Shown here: piece by piece, positions 50,951 through 62,033 of the stretch
Numbering within the stretch: the first letter of the stretch is position 1
Layout of the letters: each line of letters starts with the position of its first letter
NCBI GenBank assembly: GCA_043228905.1
Contig: JBHGNT010000012.1
Span: forward strand, 2,604,001-2,668,000
Origin: Azolla caroliniana
Taxonomy: Eukaryota > Plantae > Polypodiophyta
Direction of reading: 5' to 3'
Length of the DNA: 64,000 bases
Position numbers and translations under genes: made by a program
Notes under the pieces: generated by a model
Told to the model about the DNA's origin: nothing
Databases searched by the model: none
What the model saw: only the letters and a program-made list of their open reading frames with translations

Positions 50951-51800
50951 CCACTCTACACTGAGGGGCCGCTACTGTGCGTTCCAAGCATCATCAAAGA
51001 GCTGCTCAATCTGACGGGGTTCTCTTCTCTGTGACACTCTACACTCAGGGGCCACTACTGTGCATTCCAAGCATCATCAAAGAGCTGTTCAATCTGACGG
51101 GGTTCTCTTCTCTGTGCCACTCTACACTCAGGGGCCATTACTGTGCGTTCCAAGCATCATCAAAGAGCTGTTCAATCTGAGGGGGTTCTCTTCTCTGTGC
51201 CACTCTACACTCAGGGGCCATTACTGTGCGTTCCAAGCATCATCAAAGAGCTGTTTAACCTGAGGGGGTTCTCTTCTCTGTGCCACTCTACACTCAGGGG
51301 CCGCTGCTGTGCGTTCCAAGCATCATCAAAGAGCTGTTCAATCTGACGGGGTTCTCTTCTCTTTGCCACTCTACACTCAGGGGTTGCTACTGTGCGTTCC
51401 AAGCATAATCAAAGAGCTATTCAATCTGACGGGGTTCTCTTCTCTTTTCCACTCTCACTCAGGGGCCGCTACTGTGCGTTTCAAGCATCATTGGTAACTG
51501 TTCAATCTGACGGGGTTCTCTTCTCTTTTCCACTCTCACTCAGGGGCCGCTACTGTGCGTTTCAAGCATCATTGGTAACTGTTCAATCTGACGGGGTTCT
51601 CTTCTCTATGCCACTCTATTCTCAAGTGCCTTCTATGTGCGTTTCAAGCATCATCGGTAACTGTTCAATCTGACGGGGTTCTCTCCTCCATTGCCATCAT
51701 TCTATACTCAGTTGCCACTATTGTCCAGTCCCGGATTGCTTCCACATTTCGATTTGACGGAGTTCACTCATCCAACGGCAACATTCTACACTCAGTTGTT
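50951..51800. repeat. 83-bp subterminal tandem repeat, about 9-10 copies
   Basis: Unit CCACTCTACACTCAGGGGCCACTACTGTGCGTTCCAAGCATCATCAAAGAGCTGTTCAATCTGACGGGGTTCTCTTCTCTGTG, degenerating rightwards. Confidence 0.95.
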
Positions 51801-52031
51801 GCCATTGGTCGGTCTTGGATCGCCTCCTCAACTGTTGGATCCAACAGAGTGAAATCCTCTATTGTTCGGTCTTGGATTGCAATAACTTTTCTGTCTATTG
51901 ATTATCTTGTGTATTGTTGTGTCTAATCTTGTGTATTGTGTGGAATATTTTTGTGTATTGTTGTTGCCCATAGCCATCTTTAATACTTGTTTTTTTTTCT
52001 GGAAATTTAGGGTTTTAACATGTCTAGCCAA

Positions 52032-55000
52032 ATGGAAGGGGAAGAAGGGTGTTTAGAATTACCCCTCAATGATCATAAGGATAGGGATGATGTTATCAGG
52101 ACACAATAAGCCATACGAAACTATTGGGCAGAAAAAAAAAGGAAACATCGTCAATTGTTGAAGGATACGAAAGCCACACTCAGTAAAGGTAAGGATAGTT
52201 TAGCTGAGAATGTAAGTAATGCGACTACCATCATAGAGAGAAAGGTTGTAGACTATTTCAATGTTCAAACCAAGCACATCAGCAATGAAGAAAAGAAGGT
52301 AGTACTTTATGGAATATGTAATGATCCATCGATAAAGGACTTAGTTGATTGTGATGGTCTTAATGCAAACATATCATCTATTTTAGTAAATAATCTTCGT
52401 AATAGTTTCGTATCCATGAGCAGGTCAGAAGATGATCTTGTCTTAAAAAGGTCTAGTCTAATGATGTTACTTAATAGTGATGTTGACGATATAAACATCA
52501 GTGAGCTATCTAAGGTAATTGGTGTTAGTAGAAAAACAGTGTACAATACAATGAACCGTATAATTTCCTCGGGTGAAGGAACTAGTCTACTAAAGCTAAC
52601 TACAAGATGTAAGCCAATGACACCCATAACATTTGAAATCAAGGATCTAATCACAATGTTTTGGACTAATGAGAGTAGGGTTTCACCCAATAAAAAGGAT
52701 TTATGCAGGAAACGTGTTGGAAGAAATCAATACGAGGAGCATCCCATTCATCTTCTTGATGTACCTCAGGTATTTACATTTATCTCAACATTTGTTTTGA
52801 CTCTACTCGGAAAGTTAATTAGCTCAGTTAGCAGAAAAGCTAATTAGCTTATCAGTTACATTTACCTCAGTTAGCTACTAGGATCGCTACTACATAGGTA
52901 ACTAGCTACTCTCAATAGTTACTACCATGATAGCTAATTAGCTATTCTCAATAGCTAATTTAGGTACAACCAGATAATTAGCTGTACTGCTAGCTAGTTA
53001 GCTATCATGGTAGCTAGTTAGCTATTTCGTTATTACCAGCTAATTAGCTACTAGGAAAGCTAATTAGCTACCATGATAACTAATTAGCTACTATGATAGC
53101 TACTACATAGGTAACTGGCTACTCTCAATAGCTACTACCATGATAGCTAATTAGTTAGGATAGCTAATTAGCCACCATTATAGCTAATTAGCTACTAGAC
53201 CAGCTAATTAGCTACCATGATAGCTAATTAGTTACTAGGACAGCTAATTAGCCACCGTGATAGCTAATTAGCTACCATGATAGCTAATTAGCTACTATAC
53301 CAGCTAATTAGCTACCATGATAGCTAATTAGTTACTAGGAAAGCTAATCAGCCACCATTATAGCTAATTAGCTACTAGACCAGCTAATTAGCTACCACGA
53401 TAGCTAATTAGCTACTAGACCAGCTAATTAGCTACCATGATAGCTAATTAGTTACTAGGAAAGCTAATTAGCCACCATGATAGCTAATTAGCTACTAGAC
53501 AAGCTAATTAGCCACCATGATAGCTAATTAGCTACTACGACAGCTAATTAGCTACCATGATAGCTAATTAGCTACTAGAATAGCTAATTAGCTACTAGAA
53601 TAGCTAATTAGCTACCATGATAGCTAATTAGCTACTACGACAGCTAATTAGCTACCATGATAGCTAATTAGCTACTAGGACAACCAATTAGCTACTAGGA
53701 CAGCTAATTAGCTACTACGACAGCTAATTAGCTACCATGATAGCTAATTAGCTACTAGGACAACCAATTAGCTACTAGGACAGCTAATTAGCTACCATGA
53801 TAGCTAATTAGCTACTAGAATAGCTAATTAGCTACCATGATAGCTAATTAACTACCATGATAGCTAATTAGCTACTAGGACAACTAATTAGCTACCATGA
53901 TAGCTAATTAGCTACTAGAATAGCTAACTAGCTACTAGAATAGCTAATTAGCTACTAGGATAGTTAGCTAGTTACGAGAATAACTAATTCCCCTTTATTA
54001 CGCAGGTCGATTTATTTATTAGGTTCAAACGAATGCATCCAACTATCAAAGTTCAACTACGAACATTCGAGTCTCTTAAGCCACACTTTGTGAGACGCTT
54101 AAAGGATCGATACACATGTTGTTGCATTTACCATGTACAGATGGGTTTTCTGAAGGACTCTGTTAATCTACTACGTCACCATAGCGCATCCCTAACTAAT
54201 ACAGTTTGCACATGTGGGTGCCCAATCTGTCGATCAAGCCCGCAAGAGGAGTGTAAATCATCTGAGCACGTTATCTCTTCCATGAGTTATTTATTAGATT
54301 CAATATTGTGTCCGAGAGAATCTGACGCTATCTTCCATATTCATAAATGTGTCATGGGTTTATGTCAAGATTGTGGCCCTACTAGATTTAGGTGGTGTCC
54401 AAATGAATTGAGTAGTGAAATATTGATCTCTGTGAAGTTATTTGAGTCAGTGAACACCAATTTCGAAGGAAAGGTGTGTAAAAGAAAGGATCTAGTTCGG
54501 AAGATGCTTAAACCAAGGGATTTGGTGTCTCTGTTTGTAGTATCTCTAGGAAAGTTCATTAAACACAACTTCATTTATTCATGGCAGGCCCATCAGTTTA
54601 AGACTTGCATATCTGATTTCCCAAATGATGTAGTAGTCTCAGTAGTAGATTTCGCAGAGAATTATACTTTCAAGCAGCAGAATGAAATTCAATCTATGCA
54701 TTGGTGTTCAGTTCAGGTAACCATTTTTGTGCACATAACATATTTTCGAGTTTCAGGTGATGTTAAAAAAGTAATTCATTTCTTTATTTCCGATGATAAG
54801 AAGCATGATACCTTGTTCGTCCAACACTGTTTTAAGTTACATTGGCAGTGGTTATTAGCTCAACGTTTGGAGCTTACTCAACATTGGGTCTGGTCTGACG
54901 GAGCTGCGTCACAATTCAAGGCTCGACGTCCATTTTATTTTGTGGGGAGGTATCCTGCTATAACAGGTTTGGAGATGAGATGGAATTTTTTTGGGTCTGG

Positions 55001-55847
55001 CCATGGTAAAGGTGAACATGATGGTGCAGGGGCTGTTATAAAGCGGGCACTTACCCATGAACAACTAAAGACAGATGGTGTGCACATGAATTGTGCATCA
55101 CATGTAGTTGAATTTTTAAGAACAAATATGTCGACGAGTGCCACAGGTGTTTATTCCTCGCAAGTTCGAGATATCAAACGTGAATTTTGGGAAGTGAAGA
55201 TAAATGAAGTAAATAGGGAGAAGACCTGGGAGTGCCAAGGAATTCCCGAATTGCGATCTCTGCATGCTGTTCGCGGTTATTCTAGGTTGGATGGTCATTG
55301 TATTGCGGTTAGAGAATTGACTTGTTTTTGCTTCCATTGTGTGCAGGGAAATTGGAGATATTGTCTAAACAAAGCATACATTCAGAATTGGGAGTATCAC
55401 ACTCTGAATGATAAGGAAGCAGTTGATGGAGAAACAGGGCAGAATGCTGACTTCACATATGAGGGACTTGGAGATACTTTGAGTGATGTCCTGAACGTTG
55501 GGGATAACTTCGCTGTAAATGCTGAAGAAGGCAATTCAGAGGGTGCTGATTTCTATATATTAAAGTGCACGGTTAGTAAACAGTGTGCAAGGCAGAATAT
55601 TGTAGATGCATGGGGAAATTTTGTATCTGCCGGGACATTCTACATCGAAGGCATTTTTTATGCAAAACTAGATGACTACGAATATGTGTACAGGCTGTTA
55701 GAAGACAAACCAGCGGCGTATATGTACTCTCATTTGGTCAGATGCATCAACGTCCCAATGTCAGAATACAATAGCTGCTCTGGTTTATACACTGTTGGTG
55801 CTAATGTGTATGAATGTATTTACAATAGTATGCCATGGAATTTGTAG
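52032..55847 (+). CDS. Sola2-type DDD transposase; exons 52032-52769 and 54006-55847, about 859 codons, in-frame TAA at 52107
   Basis: A phase-0 GT-AG intron joins HPIHLLDVPQ|VDLFIRFKRMHPTIKV. Motifs TCCCIYH, VVDFAENY..QSMHW..QVT, ISDDKKHD, WSDGAASQFK, FFGSGHGKGEHDGAGAVIKR. Confidence 0.88.
52830..53990. repeat. TAGCTAATTAGCTA palindromic minisatellite (~20-bp period) filling the transposase intron
   Basis: Dozens of copies with CCATGA, CTAGGA or CTAGAC spacers inside intron 52770-54005. Confidence 0.97.
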
Positions 55848-56328
55848 CTACAAGTAGCACTTACCATGTTCTCTTGTAAAACAAACATGTATTTCGCGAA
55901 AACAGATCAATAAATTCGTTTGGAATCAATTTCTTGTATACAGTCTGCTTTCTGTGTGCTTCGTTCTCAATAAAATCATGTCTTTTTTGTTAAGTTTTAA
56001 GTTATAAGTTATAGCGAAATAGTCATCGGTAGCTAATTAGCTGTACAAATGCAGCTAATTAGCTGTACAAATGTATTTACAATAGTATGCCATGGAATTT
56101 GTAGCTACAAGTAGCACTTACCATGTTCTCTTGTAAAACAAACATGTATTTCGCGAAAACAGATCAATAAATTCGTTTGGACTCAATTTCTTGTATACAG
56201 TCTGCTTTCTGTGCTTCTTTCTCAATAAAATCATGTCTTTTTTGTTAAGTTTTAAGTTATAAGTTATAGCGAAATAGTCATCAGTAGCTAATTAGCTGTA
56301 CAAATGCAGCTAATTAGCTGTACAAATG
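55813..56328. repeat. Tandem duplication, 2 x ~257 bp, of the transposase 3' end and UTR
   Basis: AATGTATTTACAATAGTATGCCATGG...AGCTGTACAA occurs twice; each copy has AATAAA motifs and ends in the palindrome motif. Confidence 0.92.
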
Positions 56329-56473
56329 CAGCTAATTAGCTGTCAATAGCTAAATAGTCATCAATAGAATGAAATCAACAATCTGCAACATATTCCTCAA
56401 ATTACACAGTAGATAAGTACAGTGGGAACAAGTAATTAAATTCTTCATTGAATAATGTCATCTCTTTACATAT

Positions 56474-57646
56474 TTATAAATTACCATTGGAAATGTCTAC
56501 AAATCTCCTATAAACAGCTAAGCTCTTGCTAGTCAGTGGAACGAGTCTACATATATTATCCGCATATTGAGCTCGGTATGGAGTCCACAACCATGCACCT
56601 AGTTGGCAGCTCACTGTTTGCACCAGGTACTGTTCAGGCATTTCCTCGGGTAGAATGAGACAGCATCTCCGAATATTGAAGTAGTGTCGGAAATGTTCTG
56701 TATCCAAAATCAATGTATTGTCAGCATTATATTCAGGCCAAGTAGCCCAAAAATCAGAAAGCCTCTTGAATCTTGCAGCTTCCATCTGCTCACAATTTTC
56801 TCGTGCCCATTGACCTTTAAAACGACTTCGCCATTTTGGGAAGAATCTTGCCAAACACTTCCACACATCTGATTTGGGTTTTTCACTCCAAATAAACAAA
56901 TCGAAGTACTCCACAGCCCACTCTAGAAACTGATTTGCGTCCCTCCTTGGCTGCATATATCTCACACTCATCAAGACTTTATCCAGCTCCAAGATCAAGG
57001 CTCTTCGCTCGACTTCTAGTGGTTTAGGTTTCCATTCCTGAAACTGAGCCGCTGTTACACCATTTTCTGGTAGGATACGATCAATCTCAATCAGCTCAGG
57101 TTCGGCTGACACAACTGGTGTCCTTTTCCTCTTTAAACCCCTAGTCGACTGTGTTGGGCCTAGCTTCACATTCTGGTGCTCTTGTTTTGTCGACTTAGTT
57201 ATCAATCCTTGGATTACCTCAGTGCATGTAGCTACTGTTCTGCTCGATATCAGTCCACTGGTATCACATGCTGCATCTACCTGCAACACCAAGTCATCCG
57301 TGCTACATGCTGCATCTACCTGCAACACCAAGTCATCCGTGCTACATGCTGCATCTACCTGCAACACCAAGTCATCCGTGCTACATGCTGCATGTACCTG
57401 CAACACCAAGTCATCCGTGCTACATGCTTGATCAACTTGTGTGACCAGATCACTTGTGTCAGTTGCTACATCTACTTTCAAGATGGGGCCCTTTAAACAT
57501 GCCGCAACATCAACAGTATCCACACTGCCATTGGCCTTACGAGCAATAGAATCAAACCCTTTAGACTCTGCAACATCAGAAAACACCAACATATTCACAC
57601 TCACAAAGTAACTACTAGTCTCACAAAACAATATCCTGAACATCAA
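56474..57646 (-). CDS. Sola2 cargo ORF: 13-aa repeats, basic NLS-like patch, FCP1/NIF (HAD phosphatase)-like domain; 5' end uncertain, likely acceptor at 57568
   Basis: 390-codon open frame. ALILELDKVLM, PRRDANQFLEWAVEYFDLFIWS, KRLSDFW and NTLILD follow the NIF pattern LVLDLDxTL / RP...FL...F...IWS / KxL / NTLLID. The first Asp is replaced by Glu. Confidence 0.65.
   Translation of the reverse strand: MMFRILFCETSSYFVSVNMLVFSDVAESKGFDSIARKANGSVDTVDVAACLKGPILKVDVATDTSDLVTQVDQACSTDDLVLQVHAACSTDDLVLQVDAACSTDDLVLQVDAACSTDDLVLQVDAACDTSGLISSRTVATCTEVIQGLITKSTKQEHQNVKLGPTQSTRGLKRKRTPVVSAEPELIEIDRILPENGVTAAQFQEWKPKPLEVERRALILELDKVLMSVRYMQPRRDANQFLEWAVEYFDLFIWSEKPKSDVWKCLARFFPKWRSRFKGQWARENCEQMEAARFKRLSDFWATWPEYNADNTLILDTEHFRHYFNIRRCCLILPEEMPEQYLVQTVSCQLGAWLWTPYRAQYADNICRLVPLTSKSLAVYRRFVDISNGNL
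57266..57478. repeat. 39-bp coding tandem repeat (STDDLVLQVDAAC)
   Basis: Four near-perfect copies plus one degenerate copy, in frame. Confidence 0.93.
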
Positions 57647-57816
57647 AGAGTTTCAGTCATAGAACAACACTCTTCAAATTATCTTGGAAAAACATCATAG
57701 AGTTCCATTACATAATGTGGATCAAGCAACAACCAATCTGAGGTTTTACTTGTCCAACAGGATAGTAAAACTTCATAAAACCCTAGCAAAATCCCTAAGC
57801 TAACAATCATATCCAA

Positions 57817-60800
57817 CTAAACAGTATTTCGCTCCACTACGTCTGGGCCCCTTGACCGAGTAACTGGTCTTGTTCCCGATCGTGGCCCCTTCTTCAGCCT
57901 TTTTCTGGTTGGTTCCCCATTTAGCCTTGCTTCTAGGACCCAATGCACAAGTGTGTCCTCCTCCGACAACCTTCCCATCGCCTCAGCAGCTAATTGCACA
58001 TCAGCCGTTTCTTGAACTAGCTTTTCAAGTACAGAGGGATCTGTTTGGACATTTTCAGTAGTTGGGCTCGGTGGGGTGGAATCAAGGTCTTGAGACTCGA
58101 AGAAATGTTGCATCAAGTGTTCATAAACACTGTTGTTGTGAACCTCAGTTTTACATGTTGTTTCCACTATTTCATGGCATTTCACATCGTTGCCTAATTC
58201 AGTACACTGTTCCAAAAGAATAGGGTGCAGCTGATCTGAAGGAGATGTGATAGCAGGACTCTTACTTTCAGCCACATTGGCAGTAGTATCCTCATCTGTT
58301 GCAGCATCATCAGCACCAGACACATCATGTGCCGTCCTTAATCCACAAGATTCTACAATAACATGACAGTTATTTAGGATAGCTAATTAGCTACTTTACT
58401 AAACTATGGTAGAAGCTAGGATAGCTAATTAGCTAGTACGATAGCTAATTAGCTAGTATGATAGCTAATTAGGTACTTTACTCAACTATGGTAGTAGTTA
58501 GGATAGCTAATTAGGTACTTTACTCAACTATGGTAGTAGTTAGGATAGCTTATTAGCTACTAGGACAGCTAATTAGCTGCCAGTAGCTAATTAGCTACTA
58601 GGATAGCTAATTAGCTGCCAGTAGCTAATTAGCTACTAGGATAGCTTATTAGCTACTTTACACAACTATGGCAGTAGCTACTAGGATAGCTAATTCGCTA
58701 GGATAGCTAATTCGCTAGTAGGATAGCTAATTAGCTAGTAGGATAGCTAATTAGCTACTAGGATAGCTAATTAATTGCCAGTAGCTAATTAGCTAGTAGG
58801 ATAGCTAATTAGGTACTTTACTCAACTATGGTAGTAGCTAATTAGCTAGTAGGATAGCTAATTAGGTACTTTACTCAACTATGGTAGTAGCTAATTAGCT
58901 AGTAGGATAGCTAATTAGCTACTAGGATAGCTAATTAGCTGCTAGTAGCTAATTAGCTACTAGGATAGCTTATTAGCTACTTTACACAACTATGGCAGTA
59001 GCTAATTAGTTACTAGGATAGCTAATTTGTTGCCAGTGGCTAATTAGCTAGTAGGATACCTAATTAGCTTTTTTACACAACTATAGTACTAGCTAATTAG
59101 CTAGTACCATAGCTAATTACCTACTAGGATAGCTAATTAGCTAGTATGATAGCTTATTAGCTACTTTACACAACTATAGTAGTAGCTAGGATAGCTAATT
59201 AGCTACTATGGTAGCTAATTAGCTACTTTACTCAACTATGGTAGTAGCTAGGATAGCTAATTAGCTACTTTACTAACTATGGTAGTAGCTAGGATAGCTA
59301 ATTAGCTACTTTACTAACTATGGTGGTAGCTAGGATAGCTAATTAGCTACAATGAAAGCTAATTAGCTACTTTCTCAACTATGTAGTAGCTAGGATAGCT
59401 TATTAGCTACTAGGACAGCTAATTAGCTGCCAGTAGCTAATTAGCTACTAGGATAGCTAATTAGCTGCCAGTAGCTAATTAGCTACTAGGATAGCTTATT
59501 AGCTACCAGTAGCTAATTAGCTACTAGGATAGCTTATTAGATACTTTACACAACTATGTCAGTAGCTAATTAGCTACTATGATAGCTAATTAGCTAGTAG
59601 GATAGCTAATTAGTTGCCAGTAGCTAATTAGCTAGTAGGATAGCTAATTAGCTTTTTTACACAACTATGGTACTAGCTAATTAGCTAGTACCATAGCTAA
59701 CTAGCTACTAGGATAGCTTATTAGCTACTTTACACAACTATGGCAGTAGCTAATTAGCTAGTAGGATAGCTAATTAGCTAGTAGGATAGCTAATTAGTTG
59801 CCAGTAGCTAATTAGCTAGTAGGATAGCTAATTAGCTTTTTTACACAACTATGGTACTAGCTAATTAGCTAGTACCATAGCTAACTAGCTACTAGGATAG
59901 CTTATTAGCTACTTTACACAACTATGGCAGTAGCTAATTAGCTTATTAGCTTTACACAACTATTTAGCTTTTTTACACAACTATGGTACTAGCTAATTAG
60001 CTAGTACCATAGCTAATTAGCTACTAGGATAGCTAATTAGCTAGTAGCTCATTAGCTGCCAGTAGCTAATTAGCTAGTAGGATAGCTAATTAGAAAAGAT
60101 TAAGCTTATTAGCTACAGTATGGTATACCTGTTTGTTTTCTCCACTCATTTGGTAGAGTTGTACTGCAATCTCCCAAACAGAATGCAGCAATTCGACAGG
60201 CATGTTGAAAACAAAGCAGATGGTATGTGTGGTTGCATGGTTGTAGGTGAACCAACAAAGATGCAGTTTTGTCCTCCACACCTAACCCGCAAGCGATGCA
60301 ACGTGCTTGAATTGTCAATAAATCATTTTCTGGTTCTACTTCATTTGGTAAGGGAGCAAGAATGTTCAGGTCCAAATCCTGTCTGGTCCTTACCATTCCC
60401 TCCACAAAATGTAGCTTCTTCTTAAGGCAGCTAACTACCTGTTCTTGATGAATGTATTGTTCCTTCAACGCAACAGAGAAATTTACCGATTAATTATTCT
60501 TGTTGTTGAAAGATACACCAACTTTGCTCAGGAATCGTTAACTTACTTGAAGCTTATCCAAATTGTAATCTGCAACAGTATTTACACCTAGAAGGTCCAG
60601 GTTCATTGAAAGAACCTGGATCTCTATTTGCAGTTCTATTTTACGCTGGGGATCCAGTGGCCCCTCTAATTCAAGCTCCTGTTGCGCAACCTATTCCAGA
60701 TAATGCTTGATTAGCACATTTTACCCGTTATTTATAACACAATCACATACCAGCAAAACAATAGTTACCTGAATCTTATTTCTAATTGTTGTAACAACAG

Positions 60801-62033
60801 AAGTAACTTTGCTCTCCATTGCAGAAGCCATTGTGGCTTTCTCTAAATCAGTCTTAAAAAATGCCAATGTCTCACAGGCTTCATGGACATTTTTTAGCAT
60901 ATAGCTAACCAATGTCTCACCTGTATCATCGACATTGGCTTTCCTTGGGTGTCGGTGTGGTGTATGCCCCCGGTCTTGCTGGGAGTCGGCAGTTGCATCA
61001 ACAGCTGCCATGCTCCAAAATCTGTCTATTTTTTGTGCCAAGGTCCCCATCTTTCGGCATCTTTTTACCGATGCCTCACCATAGACTGCCCAAGCTACCC
61101 TATACATTTCAGGGTCTCTAGATTCCTTCGCTGTTTTGCAGTACTCATATGCAAATGCTCTAGCAAATGAAACTGACAACTCATTGTTGACTGGGATCTC
61201 CTGATGAACTTTCTGGTGCAGTCTCATGCAGTCATCGTACAAGTCGGCTCGTACATGCTTCAGCTTGACCTTGCCTTTGACTCTAGGCACTGTATATACT
61301 GTCATCCAGTCTATATCACTGATCAATTTATCACTTAGGATAGCAGGGTCAACACCCTCGAGTGACAGACCATAGGTGTTGTGGAAGTCCTCCTTTGTCT
61401 CGCAAAATTTTGCGAAGTTTAGCACTCTCGTATACGGAGGAACGAGCCATCTGAAATATCATTTTAGAAATCAGAAATAGTGCAAAATCAGAATATGTGA
61501 GAATCAAAAACCCCAATCAACAACAACAAAAATGGTGCAAAATCTTTAACTTAGCAAATCAGAAACCCTAATCATAATTTGTATTCAGAAATTTGAAATC
61601 AGAAACCCTAATCAAAATCTGTAATCAGAAGTTTGAAATCAGAAACCCTAATCAAAATCTGTAATCAGAAGTTTGTAACCAGAAACCTTATTGAAATTCT
61701 AATCAGAAATTTATAATCAAAAACCCTAATCAGAAATTTCAATCAGAAACCCTAATAAAAAATTTCAATCACAAACCCTAATCAGAAATCCTAAGCAGAA
61801 ATTTATAAACAAAAACCCTATTCAGAAATTCTAATTTGTAATCAAAATTTGTAACCAGAAACCCTATTCAGAAATTCTAATCAGAAATTTATAATCAAAA
61901 ACCCTAATCAGAAATTTCAATCACAAACCCTAATCAGAAATTTCAATCACAAACCCTAATCACTAAAGACAGGATTAAACACAAAAAAAGTAATATAAAC
62001 ACACCTGTTGCTACTCCCCGATTTGCGAGACAT
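57817..62033 (-). CDS. Sola2 cargo gene, predicted 574 aa with a RING-H2 finger; exons 62005-62033, 60769-61450, 60547-60690, 60129-60462, 57817-58352
   Basis: Four GT-AG introns with compatible phases link three listed ORFs into a 1725-nt CDS. Contains C-x2-C-x17-C-x-H-x2-H-x2-C-x10-C-x3-C, an acidic region and the NLS-like PTRKRLKK. Confidence 0.72.
58370..60115. repeat. Second TAGCTAATTAGCTA palindromic minisatellite, filling intron 4 of the cargo gene
   Basis: Dozens of copies with CTAGGA, GCCAG or CTTTACACAACTATGG spacers inside predicted intron 58353-60128. Confidence 0.97.
61555..61962. repeat. AAACCCTAATCAGAAATTT repeats (telo-box containing) in intron 1 of the cargo gene
   Basis: About a dozen AAACCCTA motifs in degenerate tandem units. 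Confidence 0.8.

Noticed and set aside
50951-51800. 83-bp array as a CRISPR-like locus
   Set aside because: Units are head-to-tail with no unique spacers, there are no cas genes, and the context is eukaryotic. The repeated 62-93 aa ORFs are artefacts of the array.
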